From assembly GCF_051903065.1 (NCBI RefSeq), contig NZ_CP178438.1: DNA of 64,000 nucleotides. One strand, given 5' to 3'. How positions within the stretch are numbered: position 1 is the stretch's first letter; the number at the start of each line of letters is the position of its first letter. The notes under the pieces are model-generated. The model saw only the letters and a list, made by a program, of their open reading frames with translations, was not told where the DNA came from and ran no database searches. The position numbers and the translations under genes are program-made. Of the stretch, positions 11,820-23,991 are shown piece by piece. This DNA comes from Escherichia coli (lineage in GTDB: Bacteria > Pseudomonadota > Gammaproteobacteria > Enterobacterales > Enterobacteriaceae).

Positions 11820-12475
11820 AACTGCAAGGGGTAATTTTCGATCTGGATGGTGTAATCACCGACACCGCGCATCTGCATTTCCAGGCGTGGCAGCAGATTG
11901 CCGCTGAAATTGGCATCAGCATTGATGCGCAGTTTAACGAATCCCTAAAAGGGATTAGCCGCGATGAGTCTCTGCGGCGCATTCTGCAATACGGGGGCAA
12001 AGAGGGCGACTTTAACTCGCAGGAGCGGGCGCAACTGGCGTATCGCAAAAATCTGCTCTACGTCCACTCACTGCGCGAACTGACGGTTAATGCCGTTCTG
12101 CCGGGGATCCGGCCTTTGCTGGCAGATCTCCGCGCACAGCAGATCCCGGTAGGGCTGGCTTCCGTCTCCCTGAATGCGCCGACGATTTTAGCGGCGCTGG
12201 AGCTGCGCGAGTTTTTCACCTTCTGCGCGGATGCTTCCCAACTTAAAAACTCGAAACCGGATCCGGAAATCTTTCTCGCTGCCTGTGCTGGGCTGGGCGT
12301 GCCGCCGCAGGCATGTATCGGCATTGAAGATGCGCAGGCGGGCATTGACGCCATTAACGCCAGCGGTATGCGCTCGGTGGGGATCGGCGCGGGCTTAACC
12401 GGGGCGCAATTACTGTTGCCTTCAACGGACTCCCTGACCTGGTCGCGGTTATCGGCCTTCTGGCAAAACGTATAG
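11816..12475 (+). CDS. ycjU: Beta-phosphoglucomutase, HAD superfamily (219 aa)
   Basis: HAD motif [11 protein letters not shown] at N-terminus; overlaps ycjT stop. Confidence 0.9.
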   Translation: MKLQGVIFDLDGVITDTAHLHFQAWQQIAAEIGISIDAQFNESLKGISRDESLRRILQYGGKEGDFNSQERAQLAYRKNLLYVHSLRELTVNAVLPGIRPLLADLRAQQIPVGLASVSLNAPTILAALELREFFTFCADASQLKNSKPDPEIFLAACAGLGVPPQACIGIEDAQAGIDAINASGMRSVGIGAGLTGAQLLLPSTDSLTWSRLSAFWQNV

Positions 12476-12488
12476 CAAAGGAATCAAC

Positions 12489-13571
12489 ATGGCTCAGCTT
12501 TCGTTACAACATATTCAAAAAATCTACGATAACCAGGTGCATGTGGTGAAGGACTTCAACCTGGAAATTGCCGATAAAGAGTTCATCGTATTTGTCGGCC
12601 CGTCGGGCTGCGGTAAATCGACCACCCTGCGCATGATTGCCGGGCTTGAGGAGATCAGCGGCGGCGATCTGTTGATCGACGGCAAACGAATGAATGACGT
12701 TCCAGCCAAAGCACGCAATATCGCGATGGTGTTCCAGAACTACGCGTTGTATCCGCATATGACGGTTTACGACAACATGGCGTTTGGCCTGAAGATGCAA
12801 AAAATCGCCAAAGAGGTGATTGATGAGCGGGTGAACTGGGCGGCGCAAATTCTCGGCCTGCGTGAGTACCTGAAACGCAAGCCGGGCGCGCTTTCCGGCG
12901 GGCAACGTCAGCGAGTGGCGCTCGGGCGGGCGATTGTACGCGAAGCGGGCGTGTTTTTAATGGATGAACCGCTCTCTAACCTTGATGCCAAGCTGCGCGT
13001 GCAAATGCGCGCAGAGATCAGCAAGCTGCATCAGAAACTGAACACCACCATGATCTACGTGACCCACGATCAGACCGAAGCGATGACCATGGCGACGCGG
13101 ATTGTGATTATGAAAGACGGGATTGTTCAGCAAGTGGGTGCGCCGAAAACCGTTTATAACCAACCCGCGAATATGTTTGTTGCCGGATTTATTGGATCAC
13201 CAGCGATGAATTTTATTCGCGGCACGATCGATGGCGATAAATTCGTTACGGAAACGCTTAAATTAACCATTCCCGAAGAGAAATTAGCGGTTCTGAAAAC
13301 ACAGGAAAGTTTGCATAAGCCCATCGTGATGGGAATGCGCCCGGAAGATATTCATCCGGACGCGCAAGAGGAAAATAATATTTCCGCCAAAATTAGCGTG
13401 GCAGAATTAACCGGTGCGGAATTTATGCTCTACACCACGGTTGGGGGGCACGAGTTAGTGGTCCGTGCTGGTGCGTTAAATGATTATCATGCAGGAGAAA
13501 ATATCACTATTCATTTTGATATGACTAAATGTCATTTCTTTGATGCAGAAACGGAAATAGCAATTCGCTAA
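12489..13571 (+). CDS. ycjV: ABC transporter ATP-binding protein, MalK-like (360 aa), apparently intact
   Basis: Walker A GPSGCGKST, signature LSGGQRQRV, Walker B VFLMDEP, plus a MalK-like C-terminal domain. Confidence 0.85.
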   Translation: MAQLSLQHIQKIYDNQVHVVKDFNLEIADKEFIVFVGPSGCGKSTTLRMIAGLEEISGGDLLIDGKRMNDVPAKARNIAMVFQNYALYPHMTVYDNMAFGLKMQKIAKEVIDERVNWAAQILGLREYLKRKPGALSGGQRQRVALGRAIVREAGVFLMDEPLSNLDAKLRVQMRAEISKLHQKLNTTMIYVTHDQTEAMTMATRIVIMKDGIVQQVGAPKTVYNQPANMFVAGFIGSPAMNFIRGTIDGDKFVTETLKLTIPEEKLAVLKTQESLHKPIVMGMRPEDIHPDAQEENNISAKISVAELTGAEFMLYTTVGGHELVVRAGALNDYHAGENITIHFDMTKCHFFDAETEIAIR

Positions 13572-13615
13572 ATACAGGGGGAAGGCATTCCCCCAGGATA
13601 ATACAAGGAACAATA

Positions 13616-14521
13616 ATGAAAAAGTTATTACCCTGTACCGCACTGGTGATGTGTGCGGGAATGGCCTGCGCACAGGCCGAGGAAAAGAACGACTGGCACT
13701 TTAATATCGGCGCGATGTACGAAATAGAAAACGTCGAGGGTTATGGCGAAGATATGGATGGGCTGGCGGAGCCTTCTGTCTATTTTAATGCCGCCAACGG
13801 GCCGTGGAGAATTTCTCTGGCCTATTATCAGGAAGGGCCGGTAGATTATAGCGCGGGTAAACGTGGAACGTGGTTTGATCGCCCGGAGCTGGAGGTGCAT
13901 TATCAGTTCCTCGAAAGCGATGATTTCAGTTTCGGTCTGACCGGCGGTTTCCGTAATTATGGTTATCACTACGTTGATGAACCGGGTAAAGACACGGCGA
14001 ATATGCAGCGCTGGAAAATCGCGCCAGACTGGGATGTGAAACTGACTGACGATCTACGTTTCAACGGTTGGTTGTCGATGTATAAATTTGCCAACGATTT
14101 GAACACGACCGGTTACGCTGATACCCGTGTCGAAACGGAAACAGGTCTGCAATATACCTTCAACGAAACGGTTGCTTTGCGAGTGAACTATTATCTCGAG
14201 CGCGGCTTCAATATGGACGACAGCCGCAATAACGGTGAGTTTTCCACGCAAGAAATTCGCGCCTATTTGCCGCTGACGCTCGGCAACCACTCGGTGACGC
14301 CGTATACGCGCATTGGGCTGGATCGCTGGAGTAACTGGGACTGGCAGGATGATATTGAACGTGAAGGCCATGATTTTAACCGTGTTGGTTTATTTTACGG
14401 TTATGATTTCCAGAATGGTCTTTCCATTTCGCTGGAATACGCGTTTGAGTGGCAGGATCACGACGAAGGCGACAGCGATAAATTCCATTATGCAGGTGTC
14501 GGCGTAAATTACTCGTTCTGA
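13616..14521 (+). CDS. ompG: Outer membrane porin OmpG (301 aa)
   Basis: Signal peptide MKKLLPCTALVMCAGMACA, beta-barrel sequence, C-terminal …VNYSF. Confidence 0.9.
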   Translation: MKKLLPCTALVMCAGMACAQAEEKNDWHFNIGAMYEIENVEGYGEDMDGLAEPSVYFNAANGPWRISLAYYQEGPVDYSAGKRGTWFDRPELEVHYQFLESDDFSFGLTGGFRNYGYHYVDEPGKDTANMQRWKIAPDWDVKLTDDLRFNGWLSMYKFANDLNTTGYADTRVETETGLQYTFNETVALRVNYYLERGFNMDDSRNNGEFSTQEIRAYLPLTLGNHSVTPYTRIGLDRWSNWDWQDDIEREGHDFNRVGLFYGYDFQNGLSISLEYAFEWQDHDEGDSDKFHYAGVGVNYSF

Positions 14522-14529
14522 TAATGGGC

Positions 14530-14594
14530 TAAATTGCCGGATGCGGCGCGAGTACTTTATCCGATCTATAAATGTAGGCCGGATAAGATGCGCC
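14530..14594. repeat. REP/BIME palindromic units downstream of ompG; the second unit is split by the IS at 14595 and resumes at 16028
   Basis: gccggatgcggcg… and gtaggccggataagatgcgcc | IS | gccagcatcgcatccggc; removing the IS and one GCC copy gives a palindrome gccggataagatgcgccagcatcgcatccggc. Confidence 0.75.
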
Positions 14595-15121
14595 TGAACT
14601 GCACCCCAAATGTTGGACATAATCTGACATCTGAAGGTGCAGTTTATGAAACATTCATTTGAAGTAAAACTTGCCGCTGTAAATCATTACCTGGCCGGTC
14701 ATGCAGGCATCATTTCTACGGCAAAACTCTTTCAACTTTCTCACACCAGCCTCTCACACTGGATTAATCTTTTTCTTCTTCACGGTCCTCAGGCACTGGA
14801 TTGCAGACACAAGCGTAGCTATTCTCCTGAAGATAAACTTTGCGTGGTTCTTTATGCTCTCGGGCATTCTGAGTCTCTACCCCGGGTAGCTGCCCGGTTT
14901 AACATTCCCAGCCACAACATGGTTAAAAACTGGATAAAAGGCTACCGCAAATCTGGTAATGAGGCCTTTATCAGGCGCAGGAAGGAGAAAAGCATGACCC
15001 GTTCTGATGATACCCATGAAAACGAGGCAAACATGACGCCGGAAGAGATGAAGAATGAGCTGCGTTATCTTCGCGCAGAAAATGCATATCTGAAAGCCAT
15101 GCAGGAGCATCTCCTGGAAAA

Positions 15122-16020
<899 letters not shown>

Positions 16021-16066
16021 TGTTCAGCCAGCATCGCATCCGGCATTCAGGCAAGGTCGCTGGTAT

Positions 16067-17065
16067 TTATTTCAGCGTCATATGCGTGGCAACGGTAATA
16101 TTTTGTGGTGACGGTTTTCCGGCAATTAAGCGGAATAATAACTCACAGCTTTGTTGACCTAACTCCTGCGTCGGAACATCGATGCCGCCCGGTGCAGGCG
16201 TTAAAATAAATGACAGCGTTTCATTGCTATAACCCACCACCGCTAACTGCTGCGGAATAGCAATGTTTTTCTCTGCCGCCGCACGATAAATGCTCATTAA
16301 TTTCAGGCTGTCAGTGGCAAACACTGCCTCAGGCAACGGTGACTGACTTAATAATTGCCGTGCTGCTTGCAGTGCTGTTTCATGGGTATAACCGCCATCA
16401 ACAATCCATTCATCACGCACTGCAATATTATGATCTTCCAGACTCTGCTTATAACCATTTACCCGATCCACTGAAACATGGACATCAAGCGGTGCATGCA
16501 GACAGGCAATATTTTGATGTCCACTTTCAATTAACGCATCGGTCAACGCAATGCTGTCACCAAAATTATCGGTATCGACAGAATAAACATGGGCATATTG
16601 ACCTTCAACTTTGCCAATCACCACCACAGGAATATCGTATTTATCAAGTTGCGCAAAAAATGACTCATCCGCTGGCGAACTTAGCATAATAATGCCTTTA
16701 ATCATTTTCTGCTTAATTTTGCTTTCACATTTTTGTAAGTCTTCTGCCGGGTTGTGCGACGTCTGCAATATCACGTCGAAACCTTCTTCTTCCGCTTTGG
16801 CGGTGATGGCATGTAGAACCTCTGAGAAAAACGGATTACCCGCCGTAGTTTTGGTTGAACGGGTAGAAATCACCATAATGGCATCAAAACCCGAAGAGGT
16901 CAGCGCGCGGGCCAGCTTGTTTGGCTGATACTGTAATTCTTCAATGGCCCGTAACACTTTTTCGCGCGCTTCCGGGGAGATATTAGTTTGCTTATTCAGC
17001 ACGCGTGATACGGTGGATTTTGATACGCCTGCAACCCTGGCAATATCATAAATAGTAGGGGACAT
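16067..17065 (-). CDS. ycjW: LacI-family transcriptional regulator (332 aa)
   Basis: N-terminal [27 protein letters not shown] and periplasmic-binding-like domain. Confidence 0.85.
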   Translation of the reverse strand: MSPTIYDIARVAGVSKSTVSRVLNKQTNISPEAREKVLRAIEELQYQPNKLARALTSSGFDAIMVISTRSTKTTAGNPFFSEVLHAITAKAEEEGFDVILQTSHNPAEDLQKCESKIKQKMIKGIIMLSSPADESFFAQLDKYDIPVVVIGKVEGQYAHVYSVDTDNFGDSIALTDALIESGHQNIACLHAPLDVHVSVDRVNGYKQSLEDHNIAVRDEWIVDGGYTHETALQAARQLLSQSPLPEAVFATDSLKLMSIYRAAAEKNIAIPQQLAVVGYSNETLSFILTPAPGGIDVPTQELGQQSCELLFRLIAGKPSPQNITVATHMTLK

Positions 17066-17219
17066 AGGTCAGGAACTCCGTCCGAACGTGAATGCTGCAC
17101 ATCTTATGGAGTTCGCCCGTCGATGACAACACGGGCAGTTGATAATCAATGGCCTGGCCCCCACATTCATATCCTTACGAACGATTTTTTTCTGGTCTTC
17201 AGAGCAGCACAGGACAGCA

Positions 17220-18617
17220 ATGAAGCGACTTAAAAATGAACTTAATGCGCTGGTGAATCGGGGTGTCGACAGACATCTGCGCCTCGCCGTAACCGGACTT
17301 AGCCGCAGCGGCAAAACGGCGTTTATCACTGCGATGGTCAATCAGTTGCTCAATATTCACGCCGGAGCACGCTTGCCGCTGTTAAGCGCGGTGCGTGAAG
17401 AACGGCTGCTGGGCGTAAAACGCATTCCCCAGCGTGACTTTGGCATTCCGCGCTTCACCTATGATGAAGGGCTGGCGCAGTTATATGGCGATCCACCTGC
17501 CTGGCCAACGCCAACGCGCGGCGTCAGCGAAATTCGCCTGGCGCTACGTTTTAAATCGAACGATTCGCTGCTACGCCACTTTAAGGATACCTCCACGCTG
17601 TATCTGGAGATTGTGGATTATCCCGGCGAATGGTTGCTCGACCTGCCGATGCTGGCGCAGGACTATTTAAGCTGGTCGCGCCAGATGACGGGCTTACTTA
17701 ATGGTCAGCGCGGCGAATGGTCGGCGAAATGGCGAATGATGTGCGAAGGGCTGGACCCGCTAGCGCCTGCCGACGAAAACCGGCTGGCAGACATTGCCGC
17801 CGCGTGGACCGATTATCTCCACCACTGTAAACAGCAGGGGCTGCACTTTATTCAGCCAGGGCGCTTTGTCTTGCCGGGAGATATGGCAGGTGCGCCCGCG
17901 CTGCAATTCTTCCCGTGGCCGGATGTCGATGCCTGGGGCGAGTCCAAACTCGCGCAGGTCGATAAGCACACCAATGCCGGAATGCTGCGCGAGCGGTTTA
18001 ATTATTACTGCGAGAAAGTGGTGAAGGGGTTCTATAAGAATCATTTTCTGCGCTTTGACCGCCAGATTGTGCTGGTGGATTGCCTGCAACCTCTCAACAG
18101 TGGGCCACAGGCATTTAATGATATGCGTCTGGCGCTGACGCAGCTGATGCAAAGTTTCCACTACGGGCAGCGTACCCTGTTCAGGCGTTTGTTTTCGCCG
18201 GTTATCGATAAGCTATTGTTTGCTGCCACTAAAGCGGACCATGTGACCATTGATCAGCACGCCAATATGGTTTCATTGCTGCAACAACTAATTCAGGATG
18301 CCTGGCAAAATGCGGCGTTCGAAGGGATCAGCATGGATTGCCTGGGGTTGGCGTCAGTTCAGGCGACCACCAGTGGCATTATTGATGTTAACGGTGAGAA
18401 AATCCCGGCGCTGCGCGGTAATCGACTTAGCGATGGCGCACCGCTCACTGTTTATCCTGGCGAAGTTCCCGCACGTTTGCCTGGTCAGGCGTTCTGGGAT
18501 AAGCAAGGCTTCCAGTTTGAGGCATTTCGTCCGCAGGTGATGGATGTCGACAAACCCCTACCGCATATTCGTCTTGATGCTGCGCTGGAATTTTTAATAG
18601 GAGATAAATTGCGATGA
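17220..18617 (+). CDS. ycjX: P-loop NTPase of unknown function (YcjX family, 465 aa)
   Basis: Met at 17220 ([15 protein letters not shown]…), Walker A GLSRSGKT. Confidence 0.8.
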   Translation: MKRLKNELNALVNRGVDRHLRLAVTGLSRSGKTAFITAMVNQLLNIHAGARLPLLSAVREERLLGVKRIPQRDFGIPRFTYDEGLAQLYGDPPAWPTPTRGVSEIRLALRFKSNDSLLRHFKDTSTLYLEIVDYPGEWLLDLPMLAQDYLSWSRQMTGLLNGQRGEWSAKWRMMCEGLDPLAPADENRLADIAAAWTDYLHHCKQQGLHFIQPGRFVLPGDMAGAPALQFFPWPDVDAWGESKLAQVDKHTNAGMLRERFNYYCEKVVKGFYKNHFLRFDRQIVLVDCLQPLNSGPQAFNDMRLALTQLMQSFHYGQRTLFRRLFSPVIDKLLFAATKADHVTIDQHANMVSLLQQLIQDAWQNAAFEGISMDCLGLASVQATTSGIIDVNGEKIPALRGNRLSDGAPLTVYPGEVPARLPGQAFWDKQGFQFEAFRPQVMDVDKPLPHIRLDAALEFLIGDKLR

Positions 18618-19675
18618 CCGAACCGTTAAAACCACGTATTGATTTCGACGGTCCGCTGGAGGTCGATCAGAATCCAAAATTCAGGGCGCAGCAGACCTTT
18701 GACGAAACTCAGGCGCAAAATTTTGCCCCGGCCACGCTCGACGAAGCGCAGGAAGAAGAGGGGCAAGTCGAAGCGGTAATGGACGCAGCGTTACGTCCGA
18801 AACGCAGCCTGTGGCGCAAAATGGTGATGGGCGGGCTGGCTCTGTTTGGCGCAAGCGTTGTCGGGCAGGGTATACAGTGGACAATGAATGCCTGGCAAAC
18901 TCAGGACTGGGTGGCGCTGGGTGGATGTGCCGCTGGGGCATTGATTATCGGCGCTGGCGTAGGTTCTGTGGTAACAGAGTGGCGGCGCTTATGGCGCTTG
19001 CGACAGCGCGCCCATGAACGCGACGAAGCGCGTGATTTATTGCATAGCCACGGAACCGGCAAAGGCCGCGCATTTTGCGAAAAACTGGCGCAGCAGGCGG
19101 GCATCGATCAGTCACATCCGGCGCTGCAACGCTGGTATGCCTCAATCCATGAAACGCAAAACGACCGTGAAGTGGTCAGTTTGTATGCGCATTTGGTCCA
19201 GCCAGTTTTAGATGCCCAGGCGCGGCGCGAAATCAGCCGCTCAGCAGCGGAATCAACGTTGATGATTGCGGTCAGTCCGCTGGCGCTGGTGGATATGGCA
19301 TTTATCGCCTGGCGCAATCTGCGTTTGATTAATCGCATCGCCACGCTGTATGGCATTGAACTGGGATATTACAGCCGTTTGCGCCTGTTCAAGCTGGTAT
19401 TGCTGAATATCGCTTTCGCCGGAGCCAGCGAATTGGTGCGCGAAGTGGGGATGGACTGGATGTCGCAAGATCTCGCTGCTCGTTTGTCTACCCGCGCAGC
19501 TCAGGGGATTGGTGCTGGGCTTCTGACGGCACGACTCGGGATTAAAGCTATGGAGCTTTGCCGCCCACTGCCGTGGATTGACGATGACAAACCTCGCCTC
19601 GGGGATTTCCGTCGTCAGCTTATCGGTCAGGTGAAAGAAACGCTGCAAAAAGGCAAAACGCCCAGCGAAAAATAA
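18614..19675 (+). CDS. ycjF: Inner membrane protein of unknown function (YcjF family, 353 aa)
   Basis: Start overlaps ycjX stop (ATGA); hydrophobic segments. Confidence 0.8.
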   Translation: MTEPLKPRIDFDGPLEVDQNPKFRAQQTFDETQAQNFAPATLDEAQEEEGQVEAVMDAALRPKRSLWRKMVMGGLALFGASVVGQGIQWTMNAWQTQDWVALGGCAAGALIIGAGVGSVVTEWRRLWRLRQRAHERDEARDLLHSHGTGKGRAFCEKLAQQAGIDQSHPALQRWYASIHETQNDREVVSLYAHLVQPVLDAQARREISRSAAESTLMIAVSPLALVDMAFIAWRNLRLINRIATLYGIELGYYSRLRLFKLVLLNIAFAGASELVREVGMDWMSQDLAARLSTRAAQGIGAGLLTARLGIKAMELCRPLPWIDDDKPRLGDFRRQLIGQVKETLQKGKTPSEK

Positions 19676-19734
19676 TGCAATATCGGGTGCTGACCGGATA
19701 TCTTTACGCCGAAGTGCCCGTTTTTCCGTCTTTG

Positions 19735-19752
19735 TGTCAATGATTGTTGACA
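19735..19752. promoter_or_regulatory. Candidate TyrR box (autoregulation) upstream of tyrR
   Basis: Palindrome TGTCAATGATTGTTGACA fits the TGT-N12-ACA TyrR box pattern, about 70 bp upstream of the tyrR start. Confidence 0.55.
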
Positions 19753-19822
19753 GAAACCTTCCTGCTATCCAAATAGTGTCATATCATCATATTAATTGTT
19801 CTTTTTTCAGGTGAAGGTTCCC

Positions 19823-21364
19823 ATGCGTCTGGAAGTCTTTTGTGAAGACCGACTCGGTCTGACCCGCGAATTACTCGATCTACTCGTGCTAAGAGGCATT
19901 GATTTACGCGGTATTGAGATTGATCCCATTGGGCGAATCTACCTCAATTTTGCTGAACTGGAGTTTGAGAGTTTCAGCAGTCTGATGGCCGAAATACGCC
20001 GTATTGCAGGTGTTACCGATGTGCGTACTGTCCCGTGGATGCCTTCCGAACGTGAGCATCTGGCGTTGAGCGCGTTACTGGAGGCGTTGCCCGAACCTGT
20101 GCTCTCTGTCGATATGAAAAGCAAAGTGGATATGGCGAACCCGGCGAGCTGTCAGCTTTTTGGGCAAAAATTGGATCGCCTGCGCAACCATACCGCCGCA
20201 CAATTGATTAACGGCTTTAATTTTTTACGTTGGCTGGAAAGCGAACCGCAAGATTCGCATAACGAGCATGTCGTTATTAATGGGCAGAATTTCCTGATGG
20301 AGATTACGCCTGTTTATCTTCAGGATGAAAATGATCAACACGTCCTGACCGGTGCGGTGGTGATGTTGCGATCAACGATTCGTATGGGCCGTCAGTTGCA
20401 AAATGTCGCCGCCCTGGACGTCAGCGCCTTCAGTCAAATTGTCGCCGTCAGCCCGAAAATGAAGCATGTTGTCGAACAGGCGCAGAAACTGGCGATGCTA
20501 AGCGCGCCGCTGCTGATTACGGGTGACACAGGTACAGGTAAAGATCTTTTTGCCTACGCCTGCCATCAGGCAAGCCCCAGAGCGGGCAAACCTTACCTGG
20601 CGCTGAATTGCGCGTCTATACCGGAAGATGCGGTCGAGAGTGAATTGTTTGGTCATGCTCCGGAAGGGAAGAAAGGATTCTTTGAGCAGGCGAACGGTGG
20701 TTCGGTGCTGTTGGATGAAATAGGGGAAATGTCACCGCGGATGCAGGCGAAATTACTGCGTTTCCTTAATGATGGTACTTTCCGTCGGGTTGGTGAAGAC
20801 CATGAGGTGCATGTCGATGTGCGGGTGATTTGCGCTACGCAGAAGAATCTGGTCGAACTGGTGCAAAAAGGCATGTTCCGTGAAGATCTCTATTATCGTC
20901 TGAACGTGTTGACGCTTAATCTGCCGCCGCTACGTGACTGTCCGCAGGACATCATGCCGTTAACCGAGCTGTTCGTTGCCCGCTTTGCCGACGAGCAGGG
21001 CGTGCCGCGTCCGAAACTGGCCGCTGACCTGAATACTGTACTTACGCGTTATGCGTGGCCGGGAAATGTGCGGCAGTTAAAGAACGCTATCTATCGCGCA
21101 CTGACACAACTGGACGGCTATGAGCTGCGTCCTCAGGATATTTTGTTGCCGGATTATGACGCCGCAACGGTAGCCGTGGGCGAAGATGCGATGGAAGGTT
21201 CGCTGGACGAAATTACCAGCCGTTTTGAACGCTCGGTATTAACCCAGCTTTATCGCAATTATCCCAGCACGCGCAAACTGGCAAAACGTCTCGGCGTTTC
21301 ACATACCGCGATTGCCAATAAGTTGCGGGAATATGGCTTAAGCCAGAAGAAGAACGAAGAGTAA
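19823..21364 (+). CDS. tyrR: Transcriptional regulator TyrR (513 aa)
   Basis: MRLEVFCEDRLGLTRELLDLL…, sigma54-interaction-type AAA domain (GDTGTGKD), C-terminal HTH. Confidence 0.9.
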   Translation: MRLEVFCEDRLGLTRELLDLLVLRGIDLRGIEIDPIGRIYLNFAELEFESFSSLMAEIRRIAGVTDVRTVPWMPSEREHLALSALLEALPEPVLSVDMKSKVDMANPASCQLFGQKLDRLRNHTAAQLINGFNFLRWLESEPQDSHNEHVVINGQNFLMEITPVYLQDENDQHVLTGAVVMLRSTIRMGRQLQNVAALDVSAFSQIVAVSPKMKHVVEQAQKLAMLSAPLLITGDTGTGKDLFAYACHQASPRAGKPYLALNCASIPEDAVESELFGHAPEGKKGFFEQANGGSVLLDEIGEMSPRMQAKLLRFLNDGTFRRVGEDHEVHVDVRVICATQKNLVELVQKGMFREDLYYRLNVLTLNLPPLRDCPQDIMPLTELFVARFADEQGVPRPKLAADLNTVLTRYAWPGNVRQLKNAIYRALTQLDGYELRPQDILLPDYDAATVAVGEDAMEGSLDEITSRFERSVLTQLYRNYPSTRKLAKRLGVSHTAIANKLREYGLSQKKNEE

Positions 21365-21371
21365 GCGCGAA

Positions 21372-21403
21372 TATGCCTGATGGTGCAACACCATCAGGCA
21401 TAT
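21372..21403. terminator. Bidirectional hairpin terminator between convergent tyrR and tpx
   Basis: Perfect inverted repeat atatgcctgatggtg-caac-accatcaggcatat. Confidence 0.6.
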
Positions 21404-21407
21404 TAAC

Positions 21408-21914
21408 TTATGCTTTCAGTACAGCCAGAGCTGCTTCGTAATCCGGCTCGGTGGTGATTTCATCCACCAGCTGGCTGAAAATCACATTGTCATTTTCGTC
21501 AATAACCACAACGGCACGCGCTGCCAGACCTTTCAGTGGGCCATCAGCAATTGCCACACCGTAGGCTTGCAGGAATTCAGCGTTACGGAAAGTGGAGAGG
21601 GTGATAACGTTGTTCAGACCTTCTGCGCCGCAGAAACGAGACTGGGCGAACGGCAGATCGGCAGAGATACACAGCACAACGGTGTTGTCGATCTCGGTTG
21701 CCAGTTGGTTAAACTTACGTACTGATGCGGCGCAAACACCGGTATCAATACTCGGGAAAATGTTCAGCACTTTGCGTTTACCCGCAAACTGACCGAGGGT
21801 GACGTCAGACAGATCTTTTGCCACGAGAGTAAAAGTCTGCGCTTTGCTACCCGCCTGCGGGATGGAATTGGCGACTGTAACCGGGTTGCCCTGGAAATGA
21901 ACGGTTTGTGACAT
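21408..21914 (-). CDS. tpx: Thiol peroxidase (168 aa)
   Basis: [30 protein letters not shown]… with redox Cys ([13 protein letters not shown]). Confidence 0.9.
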   Translation of the reverse strand: MSQTVHFQGNPVTVANSIPQAGSKAQTFTLVAKDLSDVTLGQFAGKRKVLNIFPSIDTGVCAASVRKFNQLATEIDNTVVLCISADLPFAQSRFCGAEGLNNVITLSTFRNAEFLQAYGVAIADGPLKGLAARAVVVIDENDNVIFSQLVDEITTEPDYEAALAVLKA

Positions 21915-22032
21915 GATTATCTTTCCTGTTTACATATAGTTAACGTCACACCTAGTTTATGCTAACTGTCAATAACACAGCAAACGCTATTTGCGCTTAA
22001 TCCGCAGACCACCGCGACAACAAGGAGTAAAG

Positions 22033-22998
22033 ATGAGAACCGTTAAGGTATTTGAGGAAGCCTGGCCCTTACATACCCCGTTTGTGATTGCCCGGGGAAG
22101 TCGCAGTGAAGCGCGCGTGGTGGTGGTTGAACTGGAAGAAGAGGGTATTAAAGGCACCGGCGAATGCACGCCGTATCCGCGTTATGGAGAAAGTGATGCC
22201 TCGGTAATGGCGCAAATTATGAGCGTCGTACCGCAATTAGAGAAAGGGCTGACACGGGAGGAGTTGCAAAAAATTCTCCCTGCCGGCGCAGCACGTAATG
22301 CGCTGGATTGTGCATTGTGGGATCTGGCGGCGCGAAAACAGCAGCAATCGCTGGCTGATTTGATCGGCATAACGCTTCCCGAGACAGTCACCACTGCACA
22401 GACGGTAGTCATCGGTACGCCTGATCAGATGGCCAATAGCGCATCAACACTCTGGCAGGCCGGCGCGAAATTATTGAAAGTGAAGCTGGATAACCATCTT
22501 ATCAGTGAGCGGATGGTGGCAATTCGCACAGCTGTGCCCGATGCCACGCTGATCGTTGATGCAAATGAATCATGGCGTGCAGAAGGGTTGGCGGCACGTT
22601 GCCAGCTATTGGCGGATTTAGGCGTTGCTATGCTTGAACAACCGCTTCCTGCGCAGGACGATGCGGCACTGGAGAATTTTATTCATCCGTTACCGATTTG
22701 TGCTGATGAAAGTTGTCATACTCGTAGCAATCTGAAGGCGCTGAAAGGGCGCTATGAGATGGTTAACATTAAGCTCGATAAAACCGGGGGTCTGACGGAA
22801 GCGCTGGCGCTGGCGACTGAAGCACGTGCACAAGGTTTTCGTCTGATGCTGGGCTGCATGTTGTGTACCTCTCGTGCCATTAGCGCCGCTTTACCGCTGG
22901 TGCCGCAGGTCAGTTTCGCCGATCTTGACGGACCGACCTGGCTGGCGGTAGATGTGGAACCGGCGCTTCAGTTCACGACGGGCGAATTGCATCTTTAG
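22033..22998 (+). CDS. ycjG: L-Ala-D/L-Glu epimerase (enolase superfamily, 321 aa)
   Basis: Met at 22033 (MRTVKVFEEAW…); enolase-superfamily fold. Confidence 0.85.
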   Translation: MRTVKVFEEAWPLHTPFVIARGSRSEARVVVVELEEEGIKGTGECTPYPRYGESDASVMAQIMSVVPQLEKGLTREELQKILPAGAARNALDCALWDLAARKQQQSLADLIGITLPETVTTAQTVVIGTPDQMANSASTLWQAGAKLLKVKLDNHLISERMVAIRTAVPDATLIVDANESWRAEGLAARCQLLADLGVAMLEQPLPAQDDAALENFIHPLPICADESCHTRSNLKALKGRYEMVNIKLDKTGGLTEALALATEARAQGFRLMLGCMLCTSRAISAALPLVPQVSFADLDGPTWLAVDVEPALQFTTGELHL

Positions 22999-23701
22999 GA
23001 TGCCAGCGCAGCAAGTTTGCCATCGCAAAGAGATATTTTTCGCTGGCTTCGTCGGAGGAGATGGGCGGAAACTCTGCGGTGATGCAATGCAAGTTCAGAT
23101 CTGCACACCAACTGCCGAAAGAGCCAGGCGTTTCATAACCGACGCTGGTTACCAGAGGCAATTCAAACGCCTGAGCCAGCCATTCGCCTAATTCGCTGTG
23201 TCTGGGATCTTCAATACAGGCCAGTGGATCGTGGAATGAGACCACCCAGGCAGGTTGAATGCGGTGTATAAGCTGGCACAGCGCCTGGGTTTCAGGTTCG
23301 GAGCCAGGTTTGTCACCAGTCAGTAATACGACATCACGTTCTTCAGCGGCGCTGTTCCAGCGATAAACCGTTTCACCTTCCTTCCAGTTTGCCGCCGGAA
23401 AGTTTCTGTTTAAATCCACACCATTAGCATTGGCCCGTAACCCCAGCTGGCAGCCGTCAGGATTCACACACAGCACCACATGATGGCGGCGCAAAGAAGG
23501 TGTCAAAGTCCGCAGAGCACAGGAGAGCGTGACGACCGAAGAGTTTTCATCACCGTGAGTGCCAGCCAGAATCAAACCACTTTCGCGACTGGCTGCAGGG
23601 GCCGGAAACCAGATTAACGGCGCGCCCAATAATGAACGTCCGTAATGTTCTGTTCCGGGCGGAAATGCGCCGCGTTCGGCGCGTGGGCGGGTTACGGTCA
23701 T
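22973..23701 (-). CDS. mpaA: Murein peptide amidase A (gamma-D-Glu-Dap amidase, 242 aa)
   Basis: Protein from internal Met (MTVTRPRAERGAFPPGTEHYGRSLLGAPLIWFPAPAAS…); M14-type motif GTHGDE. Confidence 0.85.
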   Translation of the reverse strand: MTVTRPRAERGAFPPGTEHYGRSLLGAPLIWFPAPAASRESGLILAGTHGDENSSVVTLSCALRTLTPSLRRHHVVLCVNPDGCQLGLRANANGVDLNRNFPAANWKEGETVYRWNSAAEERDVVLLTGDKPGSEPETQALCQLIHRIQPAWVVSFHDPLACIEDPRHSELGEWLAQAFELPLVTSVGYETPGSFGSWCADLNLHCITAEFPPISSDEASEKYLFAMANLLRWHPKDAIRPS

Positions 23702-23793
23702 GATCGTCTCTGGTTCAGGAAGTATTACAGGCAGTGTTGTGCAAATTTTGCGGATTATCAAATCCTTTTCTTCAACGCTATGTCATCGATCTT

Positions 23794-23827
23794 GTATCAC
23801 TTTTTTGCCGGAAGTTGTTTGTATTTT
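23794..23827 (+). promoter_or_regulatory. Conserved 34-bp motif (copy A) upstream of mpaA
   Basis: tgtatcacttttttgccggaagttgtttgtattt; 30 of 34 identical to copy B at 27783-27816. Confidence 0.5.
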
Positions 23828-23991
23828 TATTGATGTGCAGATATTAGAATTGTCGTAATGTTATATACATGGCGTATTTTATTCTTACTGGTTCTACACA
23901 TGTTAATCGCATCTGATTGATCAGTTCACCTTAATAAGTTTAATAAATCGTACTGCACATAGTACAGTACGATGGTGGCTATATAATTGAT

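Noticed and set aside
23762-23991. Possible small gene or sRNA in the 230-bp AT-rich spacer between mpaA and the oxidoreductase gene
   Set aside because: No convincing ORF, RBS or terminator; I kept only the conserved 34-bp motif as a regulatory candidate.
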